49,094 nucleotides of DNA from Craspedostauros australis (Eukaryota). This document shows positions 22,267 to 33,782 of this stretch, one piece after another; the stretch's first letter is position 1; each line of letters opens with the position of its first letter. Position numbers and translations under genes: made by a program. The notes beneath the pieces were generated by a model that was not told the DNA's origin, searched no databases, and saw only the letters and a program-made list of their open reading frames with translations. The stretch is taken from contig JALAGF010005826.1 in NCBI GenBank assembly GCA_030167865.1, forward strand, positions 1 to 49,094, in the 5' to 3' direction.

Positions 22267-22871
22267 CCTGTTCTTGCTACTGTTGTTATTGCTACTGTTG
22301 TTATTGCTGTTGTTGTTTCCAACAATGACGGTGGTGCTTCTCTTGCGCTACAAGTACGACTACACCTTCGACCAACCTGTCGGATTGCCGTCTGCTGATT
22401 GATGTCGACCAGTTCTGGACAACTCCGCTTGCCTCCGCGTCAGCCATCATTCATCGATGTTGGCCATCGAAATCGCTGGGGCAAGAACATCGGCTTTTCG
22501 GTGTGGTGGGTGAGCATCCATCACCCAAAACAAAGAGAATCGTGTTTTTTGCGTGGTTGTGGTGTATTCGACCAATTCGAATGCAAACTGTTTACCAAAC
22601 GAGAAACGGGGACGGTGTGTTGCGGTTGGGGAGGCGATGAGGTCGGAGGCAGAAGTGATCGTGAACGCTGTTGATGGGTTGTTGGTGGGAATGTTTGCGA
22701 GGGTGTTTGGTCAAGGCGACACACAGAACAAGGGAACGGTGAAAGCTATTGCATGTTATCATCAAATAGTATAGAATACTGACACTCAATACACAACCTG
22801 AATAGAGCAGAGCCGAGTGGAGTAGAGCAGAGCACAACCCTCTCTCTCTCTCTCCCTGTCCTCGTAGATCG
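22267..22871. promoter_or_regulatory. Probable bidirectional promoter between URB2 and the LAMMER kinase
   Basis: Head-to-head ATGs ~605 bp apart. CAA-rich tract before the URB2 ATG and a (CT)n tract at ~22839-22854. No discrete element identified. Confidence 0.5.
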
Positions 22872-25754
22872 ATGAACGAAACACAGCAGCATTCAAGCAC
22901 TGCTGAGAAGAGTGATGGGAGGAATGCCATCAATAACCAGCACATCGACAAGGGTCACATGAGGAGGGAACATCCGAACGAAACAGATGCAGCCGTTGCG
23001 GCAAACAGCACGAAACGGGGTGCATTCAGCGATGATGATGACGACGATCATGAAGTGGCGCCAAGGAAGGATGTGAAAATGGAGGCGCGCTCTTCTCGCC
23101 ATCGATCCAACCGACGAGGGCGCAAGAGGACCCGACGCAGCCAGAGCAGGGCATCTTCCACCTCGAACAGCAGGAGCCCCACGACTCGCAGACATCACCG
23201 CCGGCGTTCGCTAGATGACGGCACCGACCGCAAACGGCATTCGAGTAGACGCCGCTCATCTCGAAAGTCGCGTGCAGACAAGGCCGATCGTTCCTCCAGT
23301 GTGCGTCGGCGTCATGACCAGGACAGCGAGGAGGATCGCAGTGGATATGGGCATAGCCATGGACACAAGTCAGACAGCGATCGCTCCGAATCGAACACGA
23401 AGAAGAAGAAGAAGAAGAAAAGGAAAAAGCGAAAGAAGTCCAGCAAGTCACACCATCGACGAAGGCGGAAGAGGCAGGAAGAGCGGAGACGCCGCAAAGG
23501 TTCGAAGAGGCTGTCTGGGGACGACGAATCACGTGGAAGAAGCAGATCGAGCAGGAGGAGGTACAGGTCAGAGTCAAAGTCGAAGTCACGTTCCAGGTCG
23601 CGGTCGCAGTCAAAATCGACGTCTCGATCACGATCAAGGTTGGCCTCCAAGTCGCGCATACGTTCGTCTTCCGGATCTGTCTCGTACTCGGAATCCAACG
23701 ATCACGGAAGACGCGATCGATGGTCTCGCGGGCATCGATCGGCTTCCATCCGAGACGATCGATCCTTGTCATCCTCGCGATGCCGTCAGAACAGACGGGA
23801 CCGCAGCAGCCCCAGTCGCAGTCGAAGAAGGGGCCGGAGCCGTGATCGTATTCGGCGGCATCGTCGATCTCGCAGGGACGACTCGCGTCGCCACAGGCGC
23901 AGCATCAGCCAGTATCGTGATCGCGGCCCGCGTCTGCTGCACCACAACGACCCGCCCAATGCTTCCGTGCGGGCGGGAGTTGTCAGTGACGACGAGACCA
24001 TGCCCAGCGAGGATACTAGGAAGCATGGAATGGTGGAGAGCACAACCGTGAATACTGGTACGAATGCAGCGCCAATGGAGAAAGTGGTCACGCGCCCATC
24101 CGCTCGTGATATGAGCGCTCGTTTTCACCCTCGCTCAGGTGCTGTCGAGCATCATCCTCGTGCATGCGTTCGTGGATATATTGGTACTCATGGACATGAT
24201 CCTGCCACGAAACATGAATACCACGGGCGGCCGGAACGAATGCCCCATGGCAATGAATATCACCACAACCACGAGCAAGATTACAATCATGAACGCAATT
24301 GCGAACGCGATCATGGCCATGGTAGGCATGGAGATGAACGACACATGGAACGGAGGAGAGCTGGCTCAAGAGATCTTGACCGCCAAGCGAGAGAACAGCG
24401 GCAGGAACAGGATGACGCATCCAAGGCATTCAAAAGCCCATCATCTGGCAGAGATGATACGGTAGGCCACTTCCGTGCCAACGAGGGTGTCATCGCGGAT
24501 CGTTACCAAATCATCCGCGAGGTCGGGATGGGGACCTTCGGCCGTGTTGTGGAGTGCCTTGATTTGAAACGGGCGAGGTCGCACAGACATGGCAGGCAGG
24601 AGAACACTGTGGCTATCAAGATCGTGCGCAACATCAAACGGTATTACGATTCGGCCTTAATCGAAGCTGATATCGTGGAAGAGGTCAACCGCAGGGGCGG
24701 GCGCGGGTTGTCCCATGTCGCGGTTCTGTACAACACCTTCAGCTTCTCCGGCCATTACTGCCTCGCGTTTGAGGCCCTCGGACCATCGCTGTACGACTTC
24801 CTCAAGCGGCATGACTACCAGCCGTTTCCCATCATCTGCATTCGGGACTTCGCGACGCAGCTGCTGGAGACGCTCGATTTCCTTCACAGCATGCGCCTGA
24901 TCCACACCGATTTGAAGCCAGAGAACGTGTTGCTGCTGAACCATCGTGAGGAACTCTACCGCGGATACAAGATCCCAGAATGCACGAAGATCAAGATTAT
25001 CGATTTCGGCGGGGCGACGTACGATCACGAAAAGAAGTCATCCATCATCAACACACGGCAGTACAGAGCACCGGAAGTCATGCTGGGAGTTGGCTGGAGC
25101 ATGTCCTCGGATCTGTGGTCGCTTGGTACGTCGATGCATATTCGTCCGACCGCTTTGTGCGTGTGCGTGTATGTCTATTGGTACTCGGATGCACGCATCT
25201 TGTGCGACACAGCATACCACACTTGGAAGCACAAGTACGAGTACTGATACGACTCCGTGTCTGGGCACAACAGTTGATTTGCATTGCTGCGGACATGCTC
25301 GAGTCGGTACCGACCACAATATCTCACCCGTTCTCTTGTTCGTGCACTGTCGCTGTCGTTATCGCTGCCATCATCCTCCGTTCTCCTATTCTGATATCTC
25401 GCAGGTTGCATCCTTGCCGAGCTGTATCAGGGTGAGCTTTTGTTTGCAACGCATGACAGCATCGAGCACTTGGCGCTGATCGAGCAAGTCATTGGACCTT
25501 TCTCCCGACGGATGATCCGCAAAGGCAAGCACACGGATGTGATCCACGATGCATTTGACTCCACCGGATCTCACCGCATGGAACGAGTACTGCCGCCAGA
25601 ATCGATCGCCTACGTGAAGCGCGTCGCGCCGTTGGAGTCCATGCTCTACCAGGATGATCACAGAAGCCATTGGCTCCTCCGCTTGTTGCGAAGGTTGCTT
25701 ATCATCGATCCGAATGACCGATGGACCGCCGTCGATTGTTTAAGGCAACTGTGA
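22872..25754 (+). CDS. CLK: LAMMER/CLK-family dual-specificity kinase with very long RS/RD-rich N-terminus, 2 exons (867 aa)
   Basis: Exon 1 is 22872..25125 (DDTVGHF, RYQIIREVGMGTFGRV, VAIKIVR, HTDLKPENVLL, IDFGGAT, TRQYRAPEV, DLWSLG). Intron 25126..25404 (GTACG...GCAG, 279 nt). Exon 2 is 25405..25754 (GCILAELYQGELLFATHDSIEHLALIEQVIGPF). Total 2604 nt, in frame. Confidence 0.92.
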
Positions 25755-26539
25755 GATGGAGAAGAAGACAGTAAGAGGACATATTGCGCATGGAAACATG
25801 CATAGATCGTAGAGACAGATGGATGTGAGAAGTCGATCATGCGATTTCGTACATATAATACTAGCATGTCCGTCAGCATGCGTGGCACCGACTTGTATTG
25901 ACGGTCACTCCAGCCTTTGTCGTCTCGATGCGCTGGAGGATCCACGATGTAAGGACAACCAGAGCACGTGTACGTATCGTACACGTATGGTGTATGGCGT
26001 GTCGTGTATGCTCCTGTGCCCTGTATGCCAGTAGAGCATGGAGGTGACATGGAACACGACGGAAGGTGCAAAATACACGAAAGAGACGAGAGCAACTAAT
26101 AGTCTTTAGAATACCGAGGCGCTCGATGACTTGATTCGCTGCTTTGACAGATGGATGGAGAAAGCCGAGAGGATGACTGAAGATTCTACTCTACGACACC
26201 TTGTATAGTACTGTGAATGAGAATCAATCCACCATCTCGCCGCGCTCACTGTCCTTGCCTGCCTATGGATGAGTGAAGTGTGTCGAGTTTGAGTTCTGAA
26301 TAGTCGTAAACAGCGACATCCGTGGAGCACGCTGTCTCTGGTACGTTTGGCTGACTATCTCCCTCTCGCTTCGCAAGCGGCCAGACGAATCCTACGCTTG
26401 GCCTGCAGAGGCAGGGGATGGATGCGATATTGCATGTAACTTCCTTCTGTCTGTCCGTCCGTCCTTCCTTGCATGCATGCAAACATATGCATTCGATTGA
26501 TCGATGGCAACTCGTGTTGGCATCTTATGGATTCGTTGA

Positions 26540-29500
26540 TCATTTCTCCTTTTTCACCTTTCCAGCACCACCATTCGTCTTTTGTCGCTTGACCTGATTC
26601 CCGTTGGCTGCAGCGGTGCTGGCTTTGGCATCCTGGCCGTCAATCTTGCGCTTGGTATCCGCAGCGCGGGCACCAGCCTTTCCATCGGCTGCGGTTCCAC
26701 CGTTGGGACCAGTGGCAGCCTTCTCCAAGTCTTCAGCCTCCTTTTGTCGCCTCGCGATATCCTTTCTCAAAGTCGCCAGCTTCTTCTCAAGCGCCGCCTT
26801 TTCCTGCTGCCCCTTCAACAGTTCGTCCTGGATACCGGGGCCTGCCGAAGGCGTCGCGGCAGGTGCGGGCGCGGATGGAGCCGGAGCGCTCGCAGCAGCA
26901 TGGTTGGCAACGGCTGACATCGCGGCCGCATTTGCGGGACCGCCCGCTCCACCGCCAACTGCCGCGGCAACTCCATTTTGCAATATCTGCTGTTGACGCA
27001 GCAGCTGGAGCTGTTGCTCGTCCGTGGACGTGCCGAGACCCAGCGAACCACGGTGGGAAAGTCCCGCGCCACCCCCGTACAAGTCCAATCCTGCACCAGC
27101 AACTCCCGTCTGCTGCTGCAACAAGGACGTCATTTGCTCAGCACTGGCCTGGGCATCTGTGGTGGCCTGCTGCTGGAGCTGTTGCTGTTGCTGCTGGATC
27201 TGCTGCTGCTGGTAGAGGTTCATCATCAACGTCGTCTCCTGGATCTCGTTGAGCAAGTTCATGTGGTGCAGCTTGAGCATTCTGCATTGATTATGGGCGT
27301 GGAGATAGTTGTTCCATGCAGATTATGATGGTTGACGTGAATATCCGTGCGTAGATGCGTATCAGGTAAAAAATGGGAATATTGGTCAGGCGATGCATGG
27401 GATTGGATTGGAATGATGGGAATACAACAAGAGACATGCGATGCTCGCCATCACCTGCCCGATGAAGCCTGCGATTGCAATCGCATCGAAACATGAACAA
27501 ATGGTTTGCATCGTGCACAGTCTTGGGAAGTTCCACACCCGTTCACAGCATGAACGAAGCGACGCCACCATCTCCTGTTGCATCGACTCATGCACAGGAT
27601 TCACCCTTGCAATGCTTGCGATCCTTGACATCTTTGACATTGCACTTACTCATAATGCCTGTGAACATGCAACCATGAAAAGTGCACCCGTTACGGATTG
27701 CAATGATCAAGTGTTTCAACCAACCAGCCAGCCAAGCCGGTGCATGAACAGTATGAAAAAGATGAGATGATGGAAATGTATGGCATGAAACGAAGCACAG
27801 CATGCAGCGGAGCACGTGTGCGGCATGGCTCTTGTTTGGGAGCCGGAGAATCAAGCGCATTGGAACGAGCTTCGTTGATGCACGCGCATGATAAACAAAA
27901 AAATAACGATGTGCGTGCATGTCCACAAGCGTGCATGCATCTGGCCGAGCGACGACTATCATGGCATGGAAGAGTTGTATTGCAGACACAAATACGTACT
28001 GGTTTGGATTGACAGAGAGTCCCATCTGCATGCCGGCGCTGGCACCGCCGAGGTTCCCACCGCTGATGCCAAGTCCCAAACTGGAGGCGCGTCGCTGCTG
28101 TTGTTGTGCGTAGTGATCCGCACGTGCTGCCTCGTACGCCGCCGCAGCTCCTCCACCCACAAACGGTCGGTGAGGTGGTATGGCTGGATCTCCCGCGTCC
28201 AAGCCAAGGGCAGGGCCAAGCGAACCCAACGAGCTCCTTCGCTTGTCGTTGTCGTTCATCAAGGACAGTCCAAGCGAGGACGAACGTCGCTGCATGAGGC
28301 TGTCGAGATCAGCGTTCGTGGACCATCCCATGCTGTTGTTTCGGTCAACAGGAGGCATCGTGGTTCTGGCAAGTTCCGCCGCTGTGAAATGCCACGAGGA
28401 TCGAGTAGAGCGTACATTCGCCAGTTGATCACAATACGCAATCGCCGCATAGTATGCAATTGCAAATGCAACCGCAGATGCAGGAAGGAAGGAACAATAT
28501 GAATGAGACGTGGGGGTGAAGTGGAGTAGAGTGGAAGCGAGATGCACGAGCAAGTGCGATGGCACGAACAAAGGCAATGATACGAGCAATTCTTGCCAAC
28601 CATCGATCATCACGTAGTGCATAGGCGGGCAGTATTCTCGCAGCGTGGTATGCCCGCACACAATCTGCCTCACCTGCTGCTGCCTTCTTTTCGGCATCCT
28701 CCTCGTCACCTGCCTTGCGTCCCAACCGCCCGCTGACGACACGGACGCCAAGACGTTCCAACTCCACCATCACCCATTCTCGGCTTGGCTTGGGTCGCAT
28801 CGTGGATCTCCAAGCTCGCGTGAGCGCCTTCGCCCTCGCGCACTTCTCATCTGCTTCTGCTGCGGGGAATGTGCCAAGCGCAATCGTCTTTCCGGCCCAC
28901 TGCACATTTTAGAGGCAAGGTATGGCAGGCGAAGTTATGGATCCATACGAAGTGTAGTTTATTCAAAGTGGGTGCGTAGGTGAGTAGATTCGGTAAAGTG
29001 AGACGGCACACATCAATCAGTGAGGAATGGTACGCGGGTGGAACGTGAGAGTTTGTTGCGGTCGCGATTGTGACCGTGGTCGTGATCGTGGGGACCGCAT
29101 CATCCAAGGCGCGGAAGAATGAGAAGAATGTGGAGGCACGTGAGAACATGTCGGTCTTCGTGTTTCTGTGTGTGATTCGAAAGCCCGGCTGGCTCGAAGA
29201 GCGGTTATCAGTGACATCGATATAGCCATATATTTATCACAGACATAATTGATCTGGATGGATGATATTTCAATATGTCTCTTTGGTGTCGTCGATTCGA
29301 ATAATGTTGGCGCCGGATGACGGACAAACCACAGCGAAACTCCATTCTCCTTCGCGATGTCTGTTCGTGTCGCACAGAAGGTTGCGCGCAGAGAGATGTT
29401 GCAGCCGCGTGTTGTTGTCAGCGCTGTTGGTTTTCCGCGTGTTGGGCGGACAAGGGGTGGTTTTGTGCGGCATGAGGACAAACGACCGAAGGAGTTGATC

Positions 29501-29887
29501 GTGATTTTCGGTTGCGGTGCGTGGTGATGGACGCGTTGCGATTTTTGCTGTTGTTGCTGAATCCTCTCGTGTTTTGCCGCACGATGCGGCGCGATTGGAA
29601 GGGGAGAGGTGGCAAGGGAGGATGACCGAGGCAACGTCCCGCCATGGTCATGGAAGGTCATGCGCCAAGTCATATCTATGCCAGCCTCTCACACAATTGC
29701 AAAACCGTTCGATGCATCCACCCAGATAGTCTCATTCATCGCCCCCCAGGGTTTCCATCTTTTAAATTCATCGTGTCCTGCCGGTCGAAGTTTTTGATCT
29801 CGAACTGCTGGTGCTTACCTTCACGTGTACTGCCTTCTTGCCGGCGTTGCCGAAGCTGCCCCCAGGGGCTCCGCTCATTTTCGCCAT
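26540..29887 (-). CDS. Divergent AP2-like putative transcription regulator with Q-rich and coiled-coil C-terminus, 5 exons (475 aa)
   Basis: Exons 29887..29819 (MAKMSGAPGGSFGNAGKKAVHVK, donor AAG|GTAAGC), 28899..28674 (WAGKTIALGTFPAAEADEKCARAKALTRAW...), 28381..28000, 27658..27650 and 27281..26540. All junctions are GT-AG with compatible phases; total 1428 nt. The AP2 similarity (beta-beta GK.I.LG.F + helix) is by eye only. Confidence 0.8.
27650..27658 (-). other. 9-nt micro-exon (GCATTATGA) of the AP2-like gene
   Basis: Minus strand reads gcatgttcacAG|GCATTATGA|GTAAGTgc. Phase 2 on both sides gives NPNQ-HYE-MLKLHH. Confidence 0.8.
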
Positions 29888-31470
29888 GGTCCCGTGCTTT
29901 TGTTGTTGTCGTTAACTCTGTGCGCGTGGAGTCCTGGTGCTGTAGCTGGTGCAGGTGTTGAGAAAAGGATTTACGAAGTGTCAGTGCATTGATCCGTGAT
30001 GCCGTCGAGTGCCCTATCTTGACAGTTCGTGATGGTGAAGATCTCTGTGCTGTGCTGGAAGCTGTACAAAGCTGCCTCGGTTTTTGCTGGTGTCGTCGTT
30101 TTCGAGGAGTTCGACAAGGCGCTGAGAGAATTCGGGTCATCAAGGGGGACACAGACATTGGACACTCGGACCTGGACAAAGCAATTCTCCATCACGAAAT
30201 CAATGAAAACACACCTTCCGTCAACCTCTCTTGCGTCGATCGTTCGAATGATGATGGCAAAGGCGATTGTGCTGATGCTGATGCCGCTGCTTTCTTTGTC
30301 ACCTCCGGTACGGTTGTTGTTGCCGTTGTTGTGATGTTTGTCGCTGTCGTTTGCCTTTTGCTGTTCCTGTTTTTGACGCTGTTGTCACTGTTGCCGTTGA
30401 TTTACACGGTATTTTGCGTGCACCAGCAAGAACAGCGCACAACACCTCACAACCATTCGCCATTGAATTTTTCGCGTCCGTGTTTGCTGGACCAAGATGC
30501 AATTTCTGTTTGGGTTGATTGCAGAAGATCAGAATGTCGTATGTGACACTCGTGCAATTATATTCAAGTCTCTATTATGTCCTATGTGACACGATCTGAC
30601 AACACGCAAGCGAAGCGAACAAATCCAACAGACACCAACACAACAACACGCACGAAAAGGTCTTGACATCGATCGAGTCATCTGGCACAATGGTTGCCAC
30701 CACGGTTGTTGACTCTTTGCATGCAACCGCAGTTCCCCCGTGCGGGTACGAACCACTGCGGAGTGAACCGCTTGGATGGAGGAGTCCATCCGACCTTGCG
30801 TGGATTATGATCTACGAGGAGGGCATCAAGAACACAAGCTATCGTACATATGCTATAATAGAATACAATAGCAATAGTCTGAAAGATCCCTACTGGTGAC
30901 CATGTCTGCAAGAGTACTCTGTGGCAGTGCCACAGTCGTTGTGTGGTTGTTGCCACCTGTGATACCTGGTTGGGTAACATGACTATGCCATGAAGCGCAA
31001 GGCGATGGTACGATCCTCCAAGTCCGTTGTGAGTGAATATCTCCATTCGTGCTGGAACGCGTCGTGCATGTACGAGTACGCCGTGGGTATTCGTGCCATA
31101 CTCGTACGGTAGCGGAAATATCGCCACACCTTTCAACTGCATTCGCCTGTGCTCCCGTCTCTAATTCGTTGCCGTGTTGCAGGGGAATGTGTGGGAAAGC
31201 TTCCACGTTGGACACAATTCAAGTTGCGCCATGGTCAAATCGAGTGCGCCGCCTGCGTCCATGTCCGTACGAGTGCGGTGTACACGTGCACGCATGTGTG
31301 ATGTCCCGCTAGTGGTTTGTCCAAGTTCCCAAAGAAAAGCAGAATGGAGTACTCCAGATGCTTTGCTCTGCTCTGCTCTGCTCTGCTCTATGTGTGATAT
31401 CCTGTTCCATTCGATGATGCATCATGTGCCATCCCTACTGATGGCCCATACATTCCACTTCGGCAGGATT

Positions 31471-31677
31471 CTACCAAATATTGATAAGCTCAAACCAGCT
31501 CGTTGGAGCAGGTTCCCGCAGCATGCCCATGAGGATGACGGATGGCGCGAATGTGTAGAACAGCAGCGTTCGTGATCTCTGGAAGATGTAGTCAATATCC
31601 AGCAGCTTCAGTGCTGCGGCTGGCGCTGCCAAAAGGGCAGAACTGCCGCTGGATTTGCGTCTCTTGGGAACGGGCAT
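31471..31677 (-). CDS. TOM7: Mitochondrial outer-membrane translocase subunit Tom7 (68 aa)
   Basis: Small protein with a basic N-terminus and a single TM segment with the Tom7-type pattern RTLLFYTFAPSVILMGM..EP.P..FEL (F.P.VI..G....P). ATG at 31677. Confidence 0.7.
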   Translation of the reverse strand: MPVPKRRKSSGSSALLAAPAAALKLLDIDYIFQRSRTLLFYTFAPSVILMGMLREPAPTSWFELINIW

Positions 31678-32204
31678 TGTGTGATATGCTGCAATGTTTG
31701 AGTTGAGTTGCACTGATCAGAGGGATATCCAGATCTGTTTCCCCAAGAGTTCGGTTGACAATGGAAAGAGGAAGTCAAGAAGATGTGTGAAGATGTGAGA
31801 TCACTGGTGAGAAAGCGTGGACACGATTTGGCAGGATGTAACATGGACATCATGCTTGAAACTGATGCTTTGCTCACTATCTCCGCGAGGTATTGCGTCC
31901 GTTATCCATGGTTGTGTCCACCGAGTGCGTAGCTTCTTGTGATCATGGCACACACATGTGGTGACGCATTCCTTCACCCAATTACTCACTCACTCACTCA
32001 CTGGCTGGCTGACTGTCTTCGTTTCTTCTGTACTTGGTGGATTGTGGGTGAGCGTGGATGGGTTTCACTTTGTCTCAAGATCGTGCTGATGGGTGTTGTC
32101 GTTGTCGTTTGGATCTGTTCCGTCACTTGTGCGAAATGGTGGCCTTTCCGCCATTTTGGCGCCGCTGTTGACTTCTCGTGGTTGGCGACTGACAGACGGA
32201 CATA

Positions 32205-33205
32205 CTAGTGCCTCGAAGAGCCGGCTGTAACCAATTTTTTTGGTTACAGTTGGTTACAAGAAAAATGTCGTGTAGATCGTGGTACGATTTCTACGTAAGT
32301 CCCGAACAAAAACAGGCCAAAAACAGCATCAACCAAAGTTAAACTCTCCGGACTTATCTCATGTGAGTGTTCCTGTACTCGTCTTGCTATTGTAGCATCA
32401 TATAGCGTTTATATATACAATACTGAAGTTTGGTGTCTGTTGCTCTCTTTCTTGGTGAGCACTGATGTGATCCGTCAAGCACCCCCATCATTCACGGACG
32501 TTTTTGGCTTCTGTTTGGCATGATTTCTTGTTCTGATTGGTCCAAACAAGTGTTTCAACCATCGATGACGTCACAGTGACGCAAGCATTGCACCCAGAAA
32601 TCTCAAAACTTGCTGCCGAAATTGAGGATCCGAGTGGTCAAATATCATTCCGACCTCCATGGGAGCACTAAACGCAAGCATACCTCCATACCATCGCACT
32701 CAAACAACATATAGACCATATGGTTGTGACCGCCTCGGAGAGAGGATTCTGAAATGATATCTATTGTACAGATTGAGCCAAAGACCGCTAAGTCCGGAGA
32801 CTTCAAAGATGGAGAGTCGAATTTCTCGAAGAAAAGAGGCAAGGTCCTACCGGACTCCTGTAGAATTCAACGTGTAACCAACTGTAACCAATGAGATCCA
32901 AAAAAATTCCGGTCTGTCCGTCGTCCGAAGGAAAAACCACACCAAGGGGGTCAATAAACACATCAAGATCGACAAGATAGTAGTAACAACAAGATAATGT
33001 TATTACTTACCTGGATAGCCCTGGCTCTTAAGTTTACGTAGATGCAAAGAGATATTCGATTGAGTGTCTACAGANNNNNNNNNNNNNNNNNNNNNNNNNN
33101 NNNNNNNNNNNNNNNNNNNNNNNNGGATCCAAAATCTGTAACCAATTGTAACCAAATGTAACCAATTGTAACCAATTTTTGGGGTCCGGCTCTTTGAGGC
33201 ACTAG
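32205..33205. mobile_element. TIR DNA transposon (no transposase visible) with subterminal TGTAACCAAT repeats; interior interrupted by assembly gap
   Basis: Left end ctagtgcctcgaagagccgg (32205-32224) matches the reverse complement of the right end ccggctctttgaggcactag (33186-33205) at 19/20. TGTAACCA/TGGTTACA repeats at ~32226-32258, 32874-32892 and 33138-33176. Interior is more AT-rich than the flanks. Confidence 0.75.
33075..33124. other. Scaffold gap (50 N)
   Basis: Run of n characters. Confidence 1.
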
Positions 33206-33782
33206 AGAACAATACTCTAGAGAGAAGCACACGCTTGGTGAACATGCGGAGTCTTGGCAACGTGTTGATGCCTCTATTTGCACTCGTATTCTACATGCTG
33301 ATAGCAAGCCATTTTCCTCCATTGCACACCATCCAGATGGTACAATAGATACATGTAAGCTACTTGCTCTCTGGAGAGGATGGTCTGAGCAAGCCTCGCC
33401 ATACTGTCTCACGCCAAGCGCCGTATCTGCACAACACTTGGCGTCCCGCCGAGTGTGCAAAACACGTCCGCAACTGACGATGCAAGACTTGCGAGAGATG
33501 CTTCCATAGCTTGCAACTGGGGTTGGATGCCGGCAATGATATGTGCTACATTATTAGTTGCTTGGGGTGCAGCTCCCGTTTGGCGTTGGGATGATCATAC
33601 CATGTTCGTACTTGTCCTCGTGCTGTACATAGAAGAGCGCTTCCAACAGACCATGATTCTTGCACACCATGATCGCGCAGGAAGGTATGCACCGCACGCG
33701 AAGGATGGCGATCACTCATTGTTGTCTAAGCTATTGCTGTTGCACCGTTGAGTGTTGATCTAAAAGCTCGTGCATCCATCGT

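Noticed and set aside
33138..33176. TGTAACCAAT array as telomere or CRISPR repeat
   Set aside because: Contiguous 10-mers without spacers, unlike TTAGGG-type telomeres; explained as transposon subterminal repeats.
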